Part shown: piece by piece, positions 48,530 through 61,127 of the stretch
Layout of the letters: each line of letters begins with the position of its first letter
Position numbering within the stretch: position 1 is the stretch's first letter
Source: Chloroflexota bacterium
GTDB taxonomy: Bacteria; Chloroflexota; UBA11872; VXOZ01
Direction: 5' to 3'
Length of the DNA stretch: 64,000 bases
NCBI GenBank assembly: GCA_963662335.2
Contig: CAXXVD010000005.1
Span: 64,001-128,000, forward strand
Notes under the pieces: model-generated
The model's database searches: none
What the model was told of the DNA's origin: nothing
Seen by the model: the letters and a program-made list of their open reading frames with translations, nothing else
Translations under genes and position numbers: made by a program

Positions 48530-48801
48530 TCGGCTCTCCGCCAGGGTCTGCCCCCGAAGTGGTGCAACGCCCGATGCCCGACCCGCAGCAGCCAAACGTC
48601 GCTAGCCGCCGGCTGCTGCGCTCGCAGACGCCGCGCCGCAGCCAGAACGTCAGCGGCGATGGCCCAGCTTCCGCTCTCCACGTCAACGGCGACGTACTCT
48701 CCACTATGGTCGGCCTCCACCTGGGGCCGGATGTCCCGCTCGTAGATCGCTTTCCCCAGGCGGGCCGTCTCCGCGCGGGAACGTCGGACAGGCGTCGTCA
48801 T
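48526..48801 (-). CDS. Small hypothetical partner protein, second copy
   Basis: ETARLGKAIYERDIRPQVEADH.GEYVAVDV; ATGA overlap with the protease gene. Confidence 0.78.
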   Translation of the reverse strand: MTTPVRRSRAETARLGKAIYERDIRPQVEADHSGEYVAVDVESGSWAIAADVLAAARRLRAQQPAASDVWLLRVGHRALHHFGGRPWRRAE

Positions 48802-48864
48802 CTCGTATCACCTAACTTTTGAAGGCACTCGCCTACACCCGATACTCTACGGCAATCGGCAGTT

Positions 48865-48999
48865 TCAGGGCAATGGCGAAGGCCGCGAACGCAGCGCCGC
48901 CGCCTTCAGAAACCCTCGCGCCCACTCGATCTCAGTGAGCGCTGCGGTGATTGCGTTAGTTATGGTAAAGTCTGGTTGGATGAGCGATGGCAAACTCAC
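48865..48999 (-). pseudogene. Truncated 5' remnant of a second fic gene
   Basis: Translates to [36 protein letters not shown].. and then stops; the intact Fic begins [36 protein letters not shown]. Confidence 0.8.
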
Positions 49000-49223
49000 T
49001 GAACTCCCGGAACTGTGAGTTACAGCGTAGGCGGTGTTCTACAAGAGCCACTACATTAGAATTGCGGATGTCAGCCTACGCTCGTTGGTGTACAACTTTG
49101 AGAATTGTAGAGTTGGTCGCGTTGGAACTGGAATGAGACAAGTACCAAGGACCTTCTGCTGCAGGAAGTGCGGGTCCGTGTCCCGCTGTCTGAACGGCAA
49201 AATGGGCTGAGACGAGTCTATCA

Positions 49224-50165
49224 ATGGAAGCAGTTTCTCTCTTCACGGGATGTGGTGGTTCCGACCAGGGCCTAATCGACGCTGGTTGGCGCATTGTCAT
49301 GGCGAACGACAACCTACCGTATGCCAAGGAAGTCTACGAAGCGAACCTGCCTGAAACCGACTTCAGAACTACCAGCATCGAAGAAATCACAAGCTTCCCG
49401 TCAGCCGATCTCCTTATTGGTTGCTATCCGTGCCAGGGCTATAGCCAGGGCGGAGCAAGGGACGCCAACCGCAACATCAACCAACTCTATCGGGAGTTTG
49501 ACCGTGCCCTTAGGCAAATGCGCCCAAGAGCATTTGTTGTAGAAAACGTTCCTGGGATGGCTAGAAGCAACAACCGTCATCTCTTGGACGACCAGCTCGT
49601 GCGATTCCGTTCAGCAGGGTTTCGAGTTGCAGAACCTATGATCATCAATTCAGCACACTACGGTTTGGCGCAAGAGCGCCGGCGCATCTTCATCGTTGGC
49701 ATCCGCTCTGATATTGGATTGGAGTTTGAATTCCCAACTCCCACTCACGGCCCGGGCGTGCAACAGATTAGGGCACAAAGGGAAGTCTTGGCTGGTATAG
49801 AGGACGAGTGGCCAACAGGCGAGTTCTACGATCAAGCTTTCCACTGGTTCTATCTCTCCCGCAACCGCTACCGTGGCTGGGACGAGCCTAGCAAGACGAT
49901 TCTTGCTAATGCTCGCCACATGCCGTTGCACCCAATGAGCCCTCCTCTGGTGAAGGTGGGCAGAGACGAGTGGACATTCGATGGAGACCCGGACAGGGCG
50001 CGACGCCTTTCATTCAGGGAAGCAGCAGCCCTTCAGGATCTGGCTGGCTGGGACTTTCCAGACTCGGTGGGGTTGATGAAGAAATACCAGGTCATTGGCA
50101 ATGCCGTGCCTCCGGTAATTTTTCGGCAAATTGCCGAGGCGATTCCAAAGGAGGTTTTCTCATGA
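49224..50165 (+). CDS. dcm: DNA (cytosine-5) methyltransferase
   Basis: Motif I FTGCGG, IV PCQ, VI ENV, VIII QERRRIF, X GNAVPP. Confidence 0.95.
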   Translation: MEAVSLFTGCGGSDQGLIDAGWRIVMANDNLPYAKEVYEANLPETDFRTTSIEEITSFPSADLLIGCYPCQGYSQGGARDANRNINQLYREFDRALRQMRPRAFVVENVPGMARSNNRHLLDDQLVRFRSAGFRVAEPMIINSAHYGLAQERRRIFIVGIRSDIGLEFEFPTPTHGPGVQQIRAQREVLAGIEDEWPTGEFYDQAFHWFYLSRNRYRGWDEPSKTILANARHMPLHPMSPPLVKVGRDEWTFDGDPDRARRLSFREAAALQDLAGWDFPDSVGLMKKYQVIGNAVPPVIFRQIAEAIPKEVFS

Positions 50166-51232
50166 ATAAGTTTGAGCAATTGGACATCAGCCTGCTTGAG
50201 TTCGACAAAGAAAACCCACGGCTGCCGACAAGCGTCAGGAATAGTGATGACGCTACTATCCTGAATTACCTTGCGACGAAAACGAGAATCGAGAATTTGA
50301 TGACGTCTATTGGCGAAAACGGCTTCTTCTCTGGTGAAGCCATAGTAGTAACCCCTCACAACTCAAAGTATACCGTAATAGAAGGGAACCGCCGGTTGGC
50401 GGCTTTGCGACTTCTACAAGATCCATCTCTAGCAGAGTCCCCAAGGATACTTCGAGTGGCAGGTGATGCTGTCAATAAGCCAACCCAAGTACCTGTGTTC
50501 GTCGTGCAATCTCGGGGAGACACGTTGCAGTACCTGGGATTCCGTCACATCTCGGGGGTTCAGCGATGGGATCCACTGGCAAAGGCAAGGTACTTGGAGT
50601 CATTGTATGAAAGAGTTCAAGGTGAACCACAACTGCGTTACGTCTCTGTCGCCCGTGAGATAGGTAGCACTAGCACAGCAGTGCAAAGGAACTTAGACGC
50701 CCTGGCAGCTTACAAGATAATTGAAGAGAAGGGCTTCTTCGATGTCGCGGATATGGAGGAAGAGACCTTCCAATTTGGCAGGTTTTATACGGCGGTAAGC
50801 AATCCGGATATCGCAAACTTTATCGGCATTAGGGATAGTGGAACCCCTCGGCATCCGATTACGAATGTCGATGCTATTGATACTGGGAAGCTTGAAGAAC
50901 TCGTCAAGTTCATGTTTGAAAGGGGCCCCAGAGGCACTACAAGGCTCGGTGATTCCCGCAACATCGGCAAGCTTGGAACAGTGCTATCTAATCCTGGTTC
51001 ACTGCAGGCCTTCCGTTCAGGTCAGTCGCTAGAAGTAGCATATAGAATGACACCTCGTGGGCGGGATGACTTTGAGCGCCATATGAATCAAGCCATCGAA
51101 GAACTCAAGCAAGCAAATGCAAACCTCTACGCCGTGGAGCAGGATGACCAACAAGCAAAAGACCTGGTCAGCGAAGCCCTTAAGATAGTCCGCTTGGCTT
51201 CAGATCGCTTAGGTGTTGCATCTGATGCTTGA
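50162..51232 (+). CDS. ParB/Srx N-terminal-domain protein
   Basis: FDKENPR, VIEGNRRLAAL arginine patch, RHISG..W; ATGA overlap with dcm. Confidence 0.8.
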   Translation: MNKFEQLDISLLEFDKENPRLPTSVRNSDDATILNYLATKTRIENLMTSIGENGFFSGEAIVVTPHNSKYTVIEGNRRLAALRLLQDPSLAESPRILRVAGDAVNKPTQVPVFVVQSRGDTLQYLGFRHISGVQRWDPLAKARYLESLYERVQGEPQLRYVSVAREIGSTSTAVQRNLDALAAYKIIEEKGFFDVADMEEETFQFGRFYTAVSNPDIANFIGIRDSGTPRHPITNVDAIDTGKLEELVKFMFERGPRGTTRLGDSRNIGKLGTVLSNPGSLQAFRSGQSLEVAYRMTPRGRDDFERHMNQAIEELKQANANLYAVEQDDQQAKDLVSEALKIVRLASDRLGVASDA

Positions 51233-52187
51233 TTTGACCTGGAGTTCAGACACTACCAAAGACCCGCTCATCTTGGCGGACGCCATAGAGCTTGCTGTTG
51301 CTTTCGCGAAAGACGACTACAACGGTCGCTTTACGAGGGCAGATTTCCAACATCTTGCAGCCAGCGAAATCCTAAGCGACGACGAGATGTCATTTCCCAC
51401 CGGGGATGAAGCGGACGAGCGTACTGAGCACTTTGAAGAGGCACGCACCCTCATTGGGAAGCGCGCATCCTGGCTTGGGGTCTTCTATCCGTTTAGAGTT
51501 GTGGCTGGCGAAGTAGAATTCTCACCGCCGACCGCCATTGAGAAGTGCCTCCCGTATCTATTCTTGTTGGCCTGTTCCAACGGCAGCCAAGTACCCTCAA
51601 TTAAGGGTACTCTTCCAGTGCAATTTGAAAGCCTTTGCAAAGAGGCACTCCGCTCATTATTCCCTGAGTGGGCAAGAGTCCTGTTGTTCAGTCAAAAGAG
51701 CGAGGACAGAAAGACCCATTTTGGGTGGGCAGCGAACGAAGCAGTTCCCAAACTCGCCAGTATGCTCAATGCCAAGTTGACTGATGCCGATCGACTCAGC
51801 AATACTCAGCGTGAATTTGGCATTGACCTTGTCGCGGTCTGTCCATTTGACGACCATTCACCATACCCTTTCTTTGCCTTCGCCCAATGCACAATAGAGC
51901 AAGAGTGGTGGAGCAAGAAGCATGAGGCTATCGCACTGAACGAATTGAGGGGATTCGTCAATCTCAACGCAAACCATTCTAATTTCCTGATGATTCCACA
52001 CTTCCCTCGTTACAAATTAGAAGAGTGGAGCGAAGACCCTGCGCGGACAGGAAATTGTATTCTCTGCGACCGCTTTAGGCTATGCCGACTGCTGGAAAAG
52101 TCAAGGTTCTTTGAGTACGACAATCCCCCGGCGAGCTTGGCTTTAGTCTTCCAGACACTAAATGACAACCTCTATCAGAGCTTCTGA
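51225..52187 (+). CDS. Hypothetical protein, possible divergent PD-(D/E)xK/Mrr-like endonuclease
   Basis: FESLC..E, GIDLVAV..FAQC resembling G-x-D...QxK; 8-bp overlap with the upstream gene. The nuclease call is inference. Confidence 0.55.
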   Translation: MLDLTWSSDTTKDPLILADAIELAVAFAKDDYNGRFTRADFQHLAASEILSDDEMSFPTGDEADERTEHFEEARTLIGKRASWLGVFYPFRVVAGEVEFSPPTAIEKCLPYLFLLACSNGSQVPSIKGTLPVQFESLCKEALRSLFPEWARVLLFSQKSEDRKTHFGWAANEAVPKLASMLNAKLTDADRLSNTQREFGIDLVAVCPFDDHSPYPFFAFAQCTIEQEWWSKKHEAIALNELRGFVNLNANHSNFLMIPHFPRYKLEEWSEDPARTGNCILCDRFRLCRLLEKSRFFEYDNPPASLALVFQTLNDNLYQSF

Positions 52188-52225
52188 CACACGCGGCAAG
52201 TTCCAGCTTATTGTGAGAGTGGAGA

Positions 52226-52654
52226 ATGCCTGACACTGTAACAGCCGCAACGCGCAGCCGAATCATGTCCAAGATTATGTCTAAGGACACGAAGCCGGAG
52301 ATTGTAGTGCGGCGTCTGCTCCACGGCCTCGGTTACAGGTATCGGCTGCACCGAACAGACTTGCCCGGTAGGCCAGACTTGGTCTTCCCTTCACGCCGCA
52401 AGATAATTCTGGTGAACGGATGCTTTTGGCACTACCATCTCGGATGCGAAGACTCACACATACCAGCCGACAATCGGGAGTATTGGCAACCTAAGCTGAC
52501 GCGCAATAGGGAGAGGGATGAACGTAACCGATTGTTGCTCAAGCAAGATGGTTGGGATGTCACGGTAGTTTGGGAGTGTCAATTGAAGGACTTGGACATG
52601 GTTGCGGAGCGGCTGATTGACTTCCTTGAGCGGGAAACATCAAGCAAACCGTAG
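52226..52654 (+). CDS. vsr: Very short patch repair endonuclease
   Basis: RSRIMSKI..KDTKPE, GYRYRLH..LPGRPD, GCFWH, VWECQ. Confidence 0.96.
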   Translation: MPDTVTAATRSRIMSKIMSKDTKPEIVVRRLLHGLGYRYRLHRTDLPGRPDLVFPSRRKIILVNGCFWHYHLGCEDSHIPADNREYWQPKLTRNRERDERNRLLLKQDGWDVTVVWECQLKDLDMVAERLIDFLERETSSKP

Positions 52655-52761
52655 GCTACAAAGTCCAACTACAATTGGGCAAGTCTCTATCTCTCGCCAG
52701 TTTGGTAGAAGGTCACCCCCTCCCGTACATCTTCCACTCCACCGCTGAATCATGCTTGATA

Positions 52762-57057
<4,296 letters not shown>

Positions 57058-57090
57058 GGCGGTAATTGGGCAGCGGGCGCCGGCGGGCGC

Positions 57091-57279
57091 TCAGTCTCGG
57101 CGCAAACGCGGCAGCAGAATCCACAGCAGATTGAGTACCGCGATGGCGGCGGCGGCGAGCACCAGCACCGTGCCGCCGGTGGCGCTAACCTGCAAGCCTA
57201 CGCCCAACCCGGCGTAGAAGACGACGAGCGCCAGCAGGAAGAGCAGCGCGTGTACGGCGATTTTGAGGAGCTTGGGCAT
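57091..57279 (-). CDS. Small two-TM membrane protein
   Basis: 62 aa, two hydrophobic helices, directly upstream of the R-M gene. Confidence 0.55.
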   Translation of the reverse strand: MPKLLKIAVHALLFLLALVVFYAGLGVGLQVSATGGTVLVLAAAAIAVLNLLWILLPRLRRD

Positions 57280-57430
57280 GAGCGGTTATCCCTGTGCGTA
57301 ACGGCAACGCGCGGCTGCCAAGCGTCCGCGGTGAGGGTATGGTACCAAGATTGCCGGGTGGAGACCACACGGGCAGGCGGCAGGGGCAAGGCCGCGGACG
57401 GGCCGTAGAAGGCGGCGGCGGGCCGTTGAC

Positions 57431-57504
57431 CGTCACTCACTTGGCTACGGGAGTCTACGGGGACGGGCGAAGATGGATTCCCGCGTGCGCGGGAATGACG
57501 GATG
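57431..57504. repeat. Intergenic copy of the 74-nt REP doublet
   Basis: 65/74 identical to 54693-54766 by manual count. Confidence 0.8.
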
Positions 57505-57570
57505 AGGGCGCTTGCGCGGCAATTGCGGAGGCGATGGCGCTGATTTCCAATTGATGACGGACAAGGACCC

Positions 57571-58647
57571 CTATTTCGGCGTTTCCTCCAGCAGGCTCAT
57601 GCGCACGTCCACCTCCAGCCAACTGCCGCTTACGCCCTGCAGGACGCCGCGGGAGGGGGAGACGTCGTCGTAGTCGCGTCCGGCGGCGATGGCGACGTGG
57701 CGCACGTTGGCCAGCGCGCGGTTGGTGGGATCGAAGCCGACCCAGCCGAGGCCGGGTAGGAGACACTCGACCCAGGCGTGGGTGGCGGTCTGCGGCGCCT
57801 GCGTCTGTGACTGAGCCTGCGCCTGCGACGAAGCCTGCGTCTGCGACGAAGTCTGCGCCTGCGATTGAGGCGGCGCGTGCGCGTCTTCCCCGCCATTCAC
57901 GTGGACGTAGCCGGAGACGTAGCGGGTGGGCACGCCCCAGGAGCGGGCGATGGCAATCATCACGTGGGCGTAGTCCTGACAGACGCCGCGGCCGGTTTCC
58001 AGGATGTGCTCGATGGGCGAGGCCGCCGAGGTGCTGCCGGGGACGTAGGCAAAGACAGCGTGCAGCGTCTCGGAGAGGCGGCACAGTGAGCCCAAGGGAT
58101 CGCCGGCCGGCGCGATGCCGTGCCGGGCGACGAAAGCGGTGAGCGCCGGCGAAGACCGCGCGAACGGGCTCTCGTGGGTGAAGTCCCAATGCGCGAACGA
58201 ATCCCGCTGGGCGTGAATCTCATCCCACGCGCCGGTGGAGAGGGCAGCCGGCAGCGGCGCGGCGGGCGCGATTTCCACCGTGGAGCGGGCCGTGATCTTC
58301 AGGGCTTCGTGCTGCTGATGGACGCTGAAGACGTGCTTGGCATTGCCGTAGGCGTCGGTCTCGGCGCTCAGGTGGGCCGGAGGGTCGGTGTCGAGGGCGA
58401 AATGGAGCAGCCGCTGGCCTTGGCCGTGACGCGGCTGCAGACAGAGGGACATCACGGAGTGGCGCACCGGCGCGGTGTAGCGGTAGTGGGAGACGTGCTG
58501 GATAGCGTAGCGGCGCGCGCCGGGGGGAGGGGCTGTAGATTCCTCGCTGCGCTCGGAATGACAGGTAGGGTCTGCGGAACGGCAGGAAAGATCCGCGGCA
58601 CGGTCGGAAGGGGGCTGAGCATCGCGGCGTGACATCGGACCGGCCAT
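57571..58647 (-). CDS. Transglutaminase-like protein
   Basis: Bacterial transglutaminase N-domain (H..HYRY, LCLQP), GVCQDYAH, RYVSGY, HAWVE, FDPTN, GRDYDDVSP. Confidence 0.93.
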   Translation of the reverse strand: MAGPMSRRDAQPPSDRAADLSCRSADPTCHSERSEESTAPPPGARRYAIQHVSHYRYTAPVRHSVMSLCLQPRHGQGQRLLHFALDTDPPAHLSAETDAYGNAKHVFSVHQQHEALKITARSTVEIAPAAPLPAALSTGAWDEIHAQRDSFAHWDFTHESPFARSSPALTAFVARHGIAPAGDPLGSLCRLSETLHAVFAYVPGSTSAASPIEHILETGRGVCQDYAHVMIAIARSWGVPTRYVSGYVHVNGGEDAHAPPQSQAQTSSQTQASSQAQAQSQTQAPQTATHAWVECLLPGLGWVGFDPTNRALANVRHVAIAAGRDYDDVSPSRGVLQGVSGSWLEVDVRMSLLEETPK

Positions 58648-58651
58648 GGTG

Positions 58652-59638
58652 TCAGCGCACGGGAGAGTCTTCGATCTGGTAATCGAAGTAGGTGGCGGTC
58701 ACCAGATCGTGGAGGTCGCGGCAGAAGTCGCCGATTTGCCCCAGGAGTTCCTCGCGGTCTTCTCGATCCGGCCAATCGTAGTGGATGAGGGAGCACAAGC
58801 GGCCGGCCAGCCGCCGCACCGCGGCGCTGGAATCCGCATTGGGGCCGGCCGCGATAGCGGCGAGTTCCGCGGCCGCCACGTCCAGGGATTGGCAGAGCGA
58901 ATCGGGAAGCAACGGATCCGTGGCCAGCAGATCTATGACCTGCTGCGGCTGCACCTCCACGCTATAGCTGCGGGTGTAGACCTCCAACGCATGGTAGGCA
59001 CGCAAGAGGCTAATCCAGTCGGCTTCGGAGTGCTCTTCCGATTGCGCCGCGGTGGCGGATTGCGCGTGGAGCAGGGCGACCGAAAGTTGGGCGCGTTCGA
59101 TGAAACGGCCAAGTTGCAGGAAGTGCCAACCCTCGTCGCGGTACATGGTGGCGGCGGCCACGCCCGTAAACGTATCGATCTCCGCCGTCATCTCGGCGTA
59201 GAAGCTCTCTGGCGAGGGCGTCCAGATACTCTGAATGTCGCGCTGCTGGAGGCGCAGGTAGACCCGGTTCAGGTGCGACCACATCTCGGCGCCGATGCCG
59301 TTGCGCGTCTGGCGGGCGTTCTCCCGGGCCAGGGCAAAGCAACTCCAGACGGAACCGGGATTGGAACGCTCGAACGTAAGGTCGTCGGCGAGGGTATAGG
59401 AATCGGCGAGCGTGAAGTCTTCCTCCAAGATGCCGTCCTCGCCGTCGGCGCTCTCGAGCGTTCCCCCCGGCGGCAGGCGGTCTACACTTATGTAAATGCG
59501 GCGCCAGCCAAAGTAGATCTCCTGGACGGGGCGGTCCACCAGCGCCGCGGTCTGCAAGCGCAGCAGGCGGCAGAGGTGCTGCGCCCGCTCCAAGTACCGC
59601 CCCATCCAGTAGAGGCCTTGTGCGCTCCGTGAGAGCAT
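58652..59638 (-). CDS. Alpha-E domain protein (DUF403-like)
   Basis: MLSRSA..LYWMGRYLERA, ARENAR..R..I..EMW, LGRFIERA. Confidence 0.93.
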   Translation of the reverse strand: MLSRSAQGLYWMGRYLERAQHLCRLLRLQTAALVDRPVQEIYFGWRRIYISVDRLPPGGTLESADGEDGILEEDFTLADSYTLADDLTFERSNPGSVWSCFALARENARQTRNGIGAEMWSHLNRVYLRLQQRDIQSIWTPSPESFYAEMTAEIDTFTGVAAATMYRDEGWHFLQLGRFIERAQLSVALLHAQSATAAQSEEHSEADWISLLRAYHALEVYTRSYSVEVQPQQVIDLLATDPLLPDSLCQSLDVAAAELAAIAAGPNADSSAAVRRLAGRLCSLIHYDWPDREDREELLGQIGDFCRDLHDLVTATYFDYQIEDSPVR

Positions 59639-59664
59639 GCGGAGTAGTCTCCTCGCGCGCCGCG

Positions 59665-61062
59665 TTAATCTTCGTCGTGCTCTTCGGGCATGAGCACGAA
59701 CTCGGGATAGGCCTCCAGACCTAACTCCGCGGTGTCTTGACCCAGACGCTCGACCTGGGCCGATACCCGCAGGCTGAGGACCATCTCGAGAATCTTCCAG
59801 AGGATCAGCGAGACGATGAAGACGAACGCGCCAACGGCGAGAATGCCGATCAGTTGCACGCCAACGTTGCCGCCGGCGGCAATCGCAACCGCAAGTGTGC
59901 CCCAGACTCCCGCGAACAAGTGGGCGGGAATGGCGCCAACTACGTCATCGATCTTGACACTTTCGAGCAGCTTGAGGCCGAGCGTGCAGATAATGCCGCC
60001 GATAGCGCCGATGATGATGGCCCAGTAGTGCTGGGTGATGTCAGGCCCGGCCGTAATCGAGACGAGCCCGGCAATGGCGCCGTTCAAACCGGCAAAGAGG
60101 TCCGTGCGGCCCAAGAGGGGTCGCGAAATGACCAGCGCCGCTATCACGCCCCCGGCCGCCGCGAGATTGGTATTGACCAACACGTGGCCGATTGCAACCG
60201 CATCGGCCGCGCTGCCCAGCGCCAACTGCGAGCCGCCATTAAATCCGAACCAGCCAAGCCACAGGATGAAGACACCCAGCGTGACGAGGAGCACGTTGGA
60301 AGGCGGCGTGGGCCTGACCGAGCCGTCTTTGCGGTACTTGCCCAGTCGCGGGCCGAGGATTATGATGCCCGCCAGCGCGGCCCAACCGCCCGTGCTGTGC
60401 ACAATCGTGGACCCGGCGAAGTCCTGGAACCCCATCTCAGCCAGCCAGCCGCCGCCCCACGTCCACGCGCCGACGATGGGATAGATGAGGGCAGTCAGAA
60501 TCAAGATGAAGAGGAAGAACGACCACATGCGGACGCGCTCGGCCAAAGCGCCGGAAATGATGGAAGCGGTGGTGGCGACGAAGACCATCTGGAAGAACCA
60601 GTCCGACATGACCGAATAGCCGCTCTCGACCACCGCCGCCAACGCGCCGCTGTCACCGTCCAGCAGGGCGAGCTCATCGGAAGACGGCCCGTAGAGCAGG
60701 TTGAAGGAGCCGATGAGACCGCCGAGGCGGTCAGGGCTCACGTCTACGTACATGAGGTTGTAGCCGACGAAGAAGTAGGCAATGCCGGCGATAGAGTAGA
60801 GGCCGATGTTCTTCAAGCAAATCATGGAGGCGTTCTTGGTGCGCACCGCGCCGGCCTCGAGCATGGTAAAGCCCGCGGCCATCCACATCACCAGGACACC
60901 CCACATGAGGAACGCGAACGTATTGAGGACAAAGGCGGTCTCACCGTCAGTCGCGGCGTGGGCGACGGCCGGTCGGGCCAAGAAATAGAGAAACGTCGCC
61001 AGAATCACCACCGCCACAACAGCGATGCGGCGGTGACGTGCAAGTACGTCCGTAATGGGCAT
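59665..61062 (-). CDS. amt: Ammonium transporter (Amt family)
   Basis: MAAGFTMLEAG, FFQMVF, SGALAER, DFAGSTIVH, WFGFNGGS, KIDDVVGAIPAH; twin His conserved. Confidence 0.96.
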   Translation of the reverse strand: MPITDVLARHRRIAVVAVVILATFLYFLARPAVAHAATDGETAFVLNTFAFLMWGVLVMWMAAGFTMLEAGAVRTKNASMICLKNIGLYSIAGIAYFFVGYNLMYVDVSPDRLGGLIGSFNLLYGPSSDELALLDGDSGALAAVVESGYSVMSDWFFQMVFVATTASIISGALAERVRMWSFFLFILILTALIYPIVGAWTWGGGWLAEMGFQDFAGSTIVHSTGGWAALAGIIILGPRLGKYRKDGSVRPTPPSNVLLVTLGVFILWLGWFGFNGGSQLALGSAADAVAIGHVLVNTNLAAAGGVIAALVISRPLLGRTDLFAGLNGAIAGLVSITAGPDITQHYWAIIIGAIGGIICTLGLKLLESVKIDDVVGAIPAHLFAGVWGTLAVAIAAGGNVGVQLIGILAVGAFVFIVSLILWKILEMVLSLRVSAQVERLGQDTAELGLEAYPEFVLMPEEHDED

Positions 61063-61127
61063 GAGCTACCTTCTCCTATTGCTACGGGCGCGCGGCCGCG
61101 CCGGCTACTACTCCGATACTACTCCAT

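Noticed and set aside
57455-57470. attR copy of the tRNA-Leu(TAG) 3' end
   Set aside because: GGGGACGGGCG is short, inverted, imperfect and part of a REP doublet spacer; no integrase is present.
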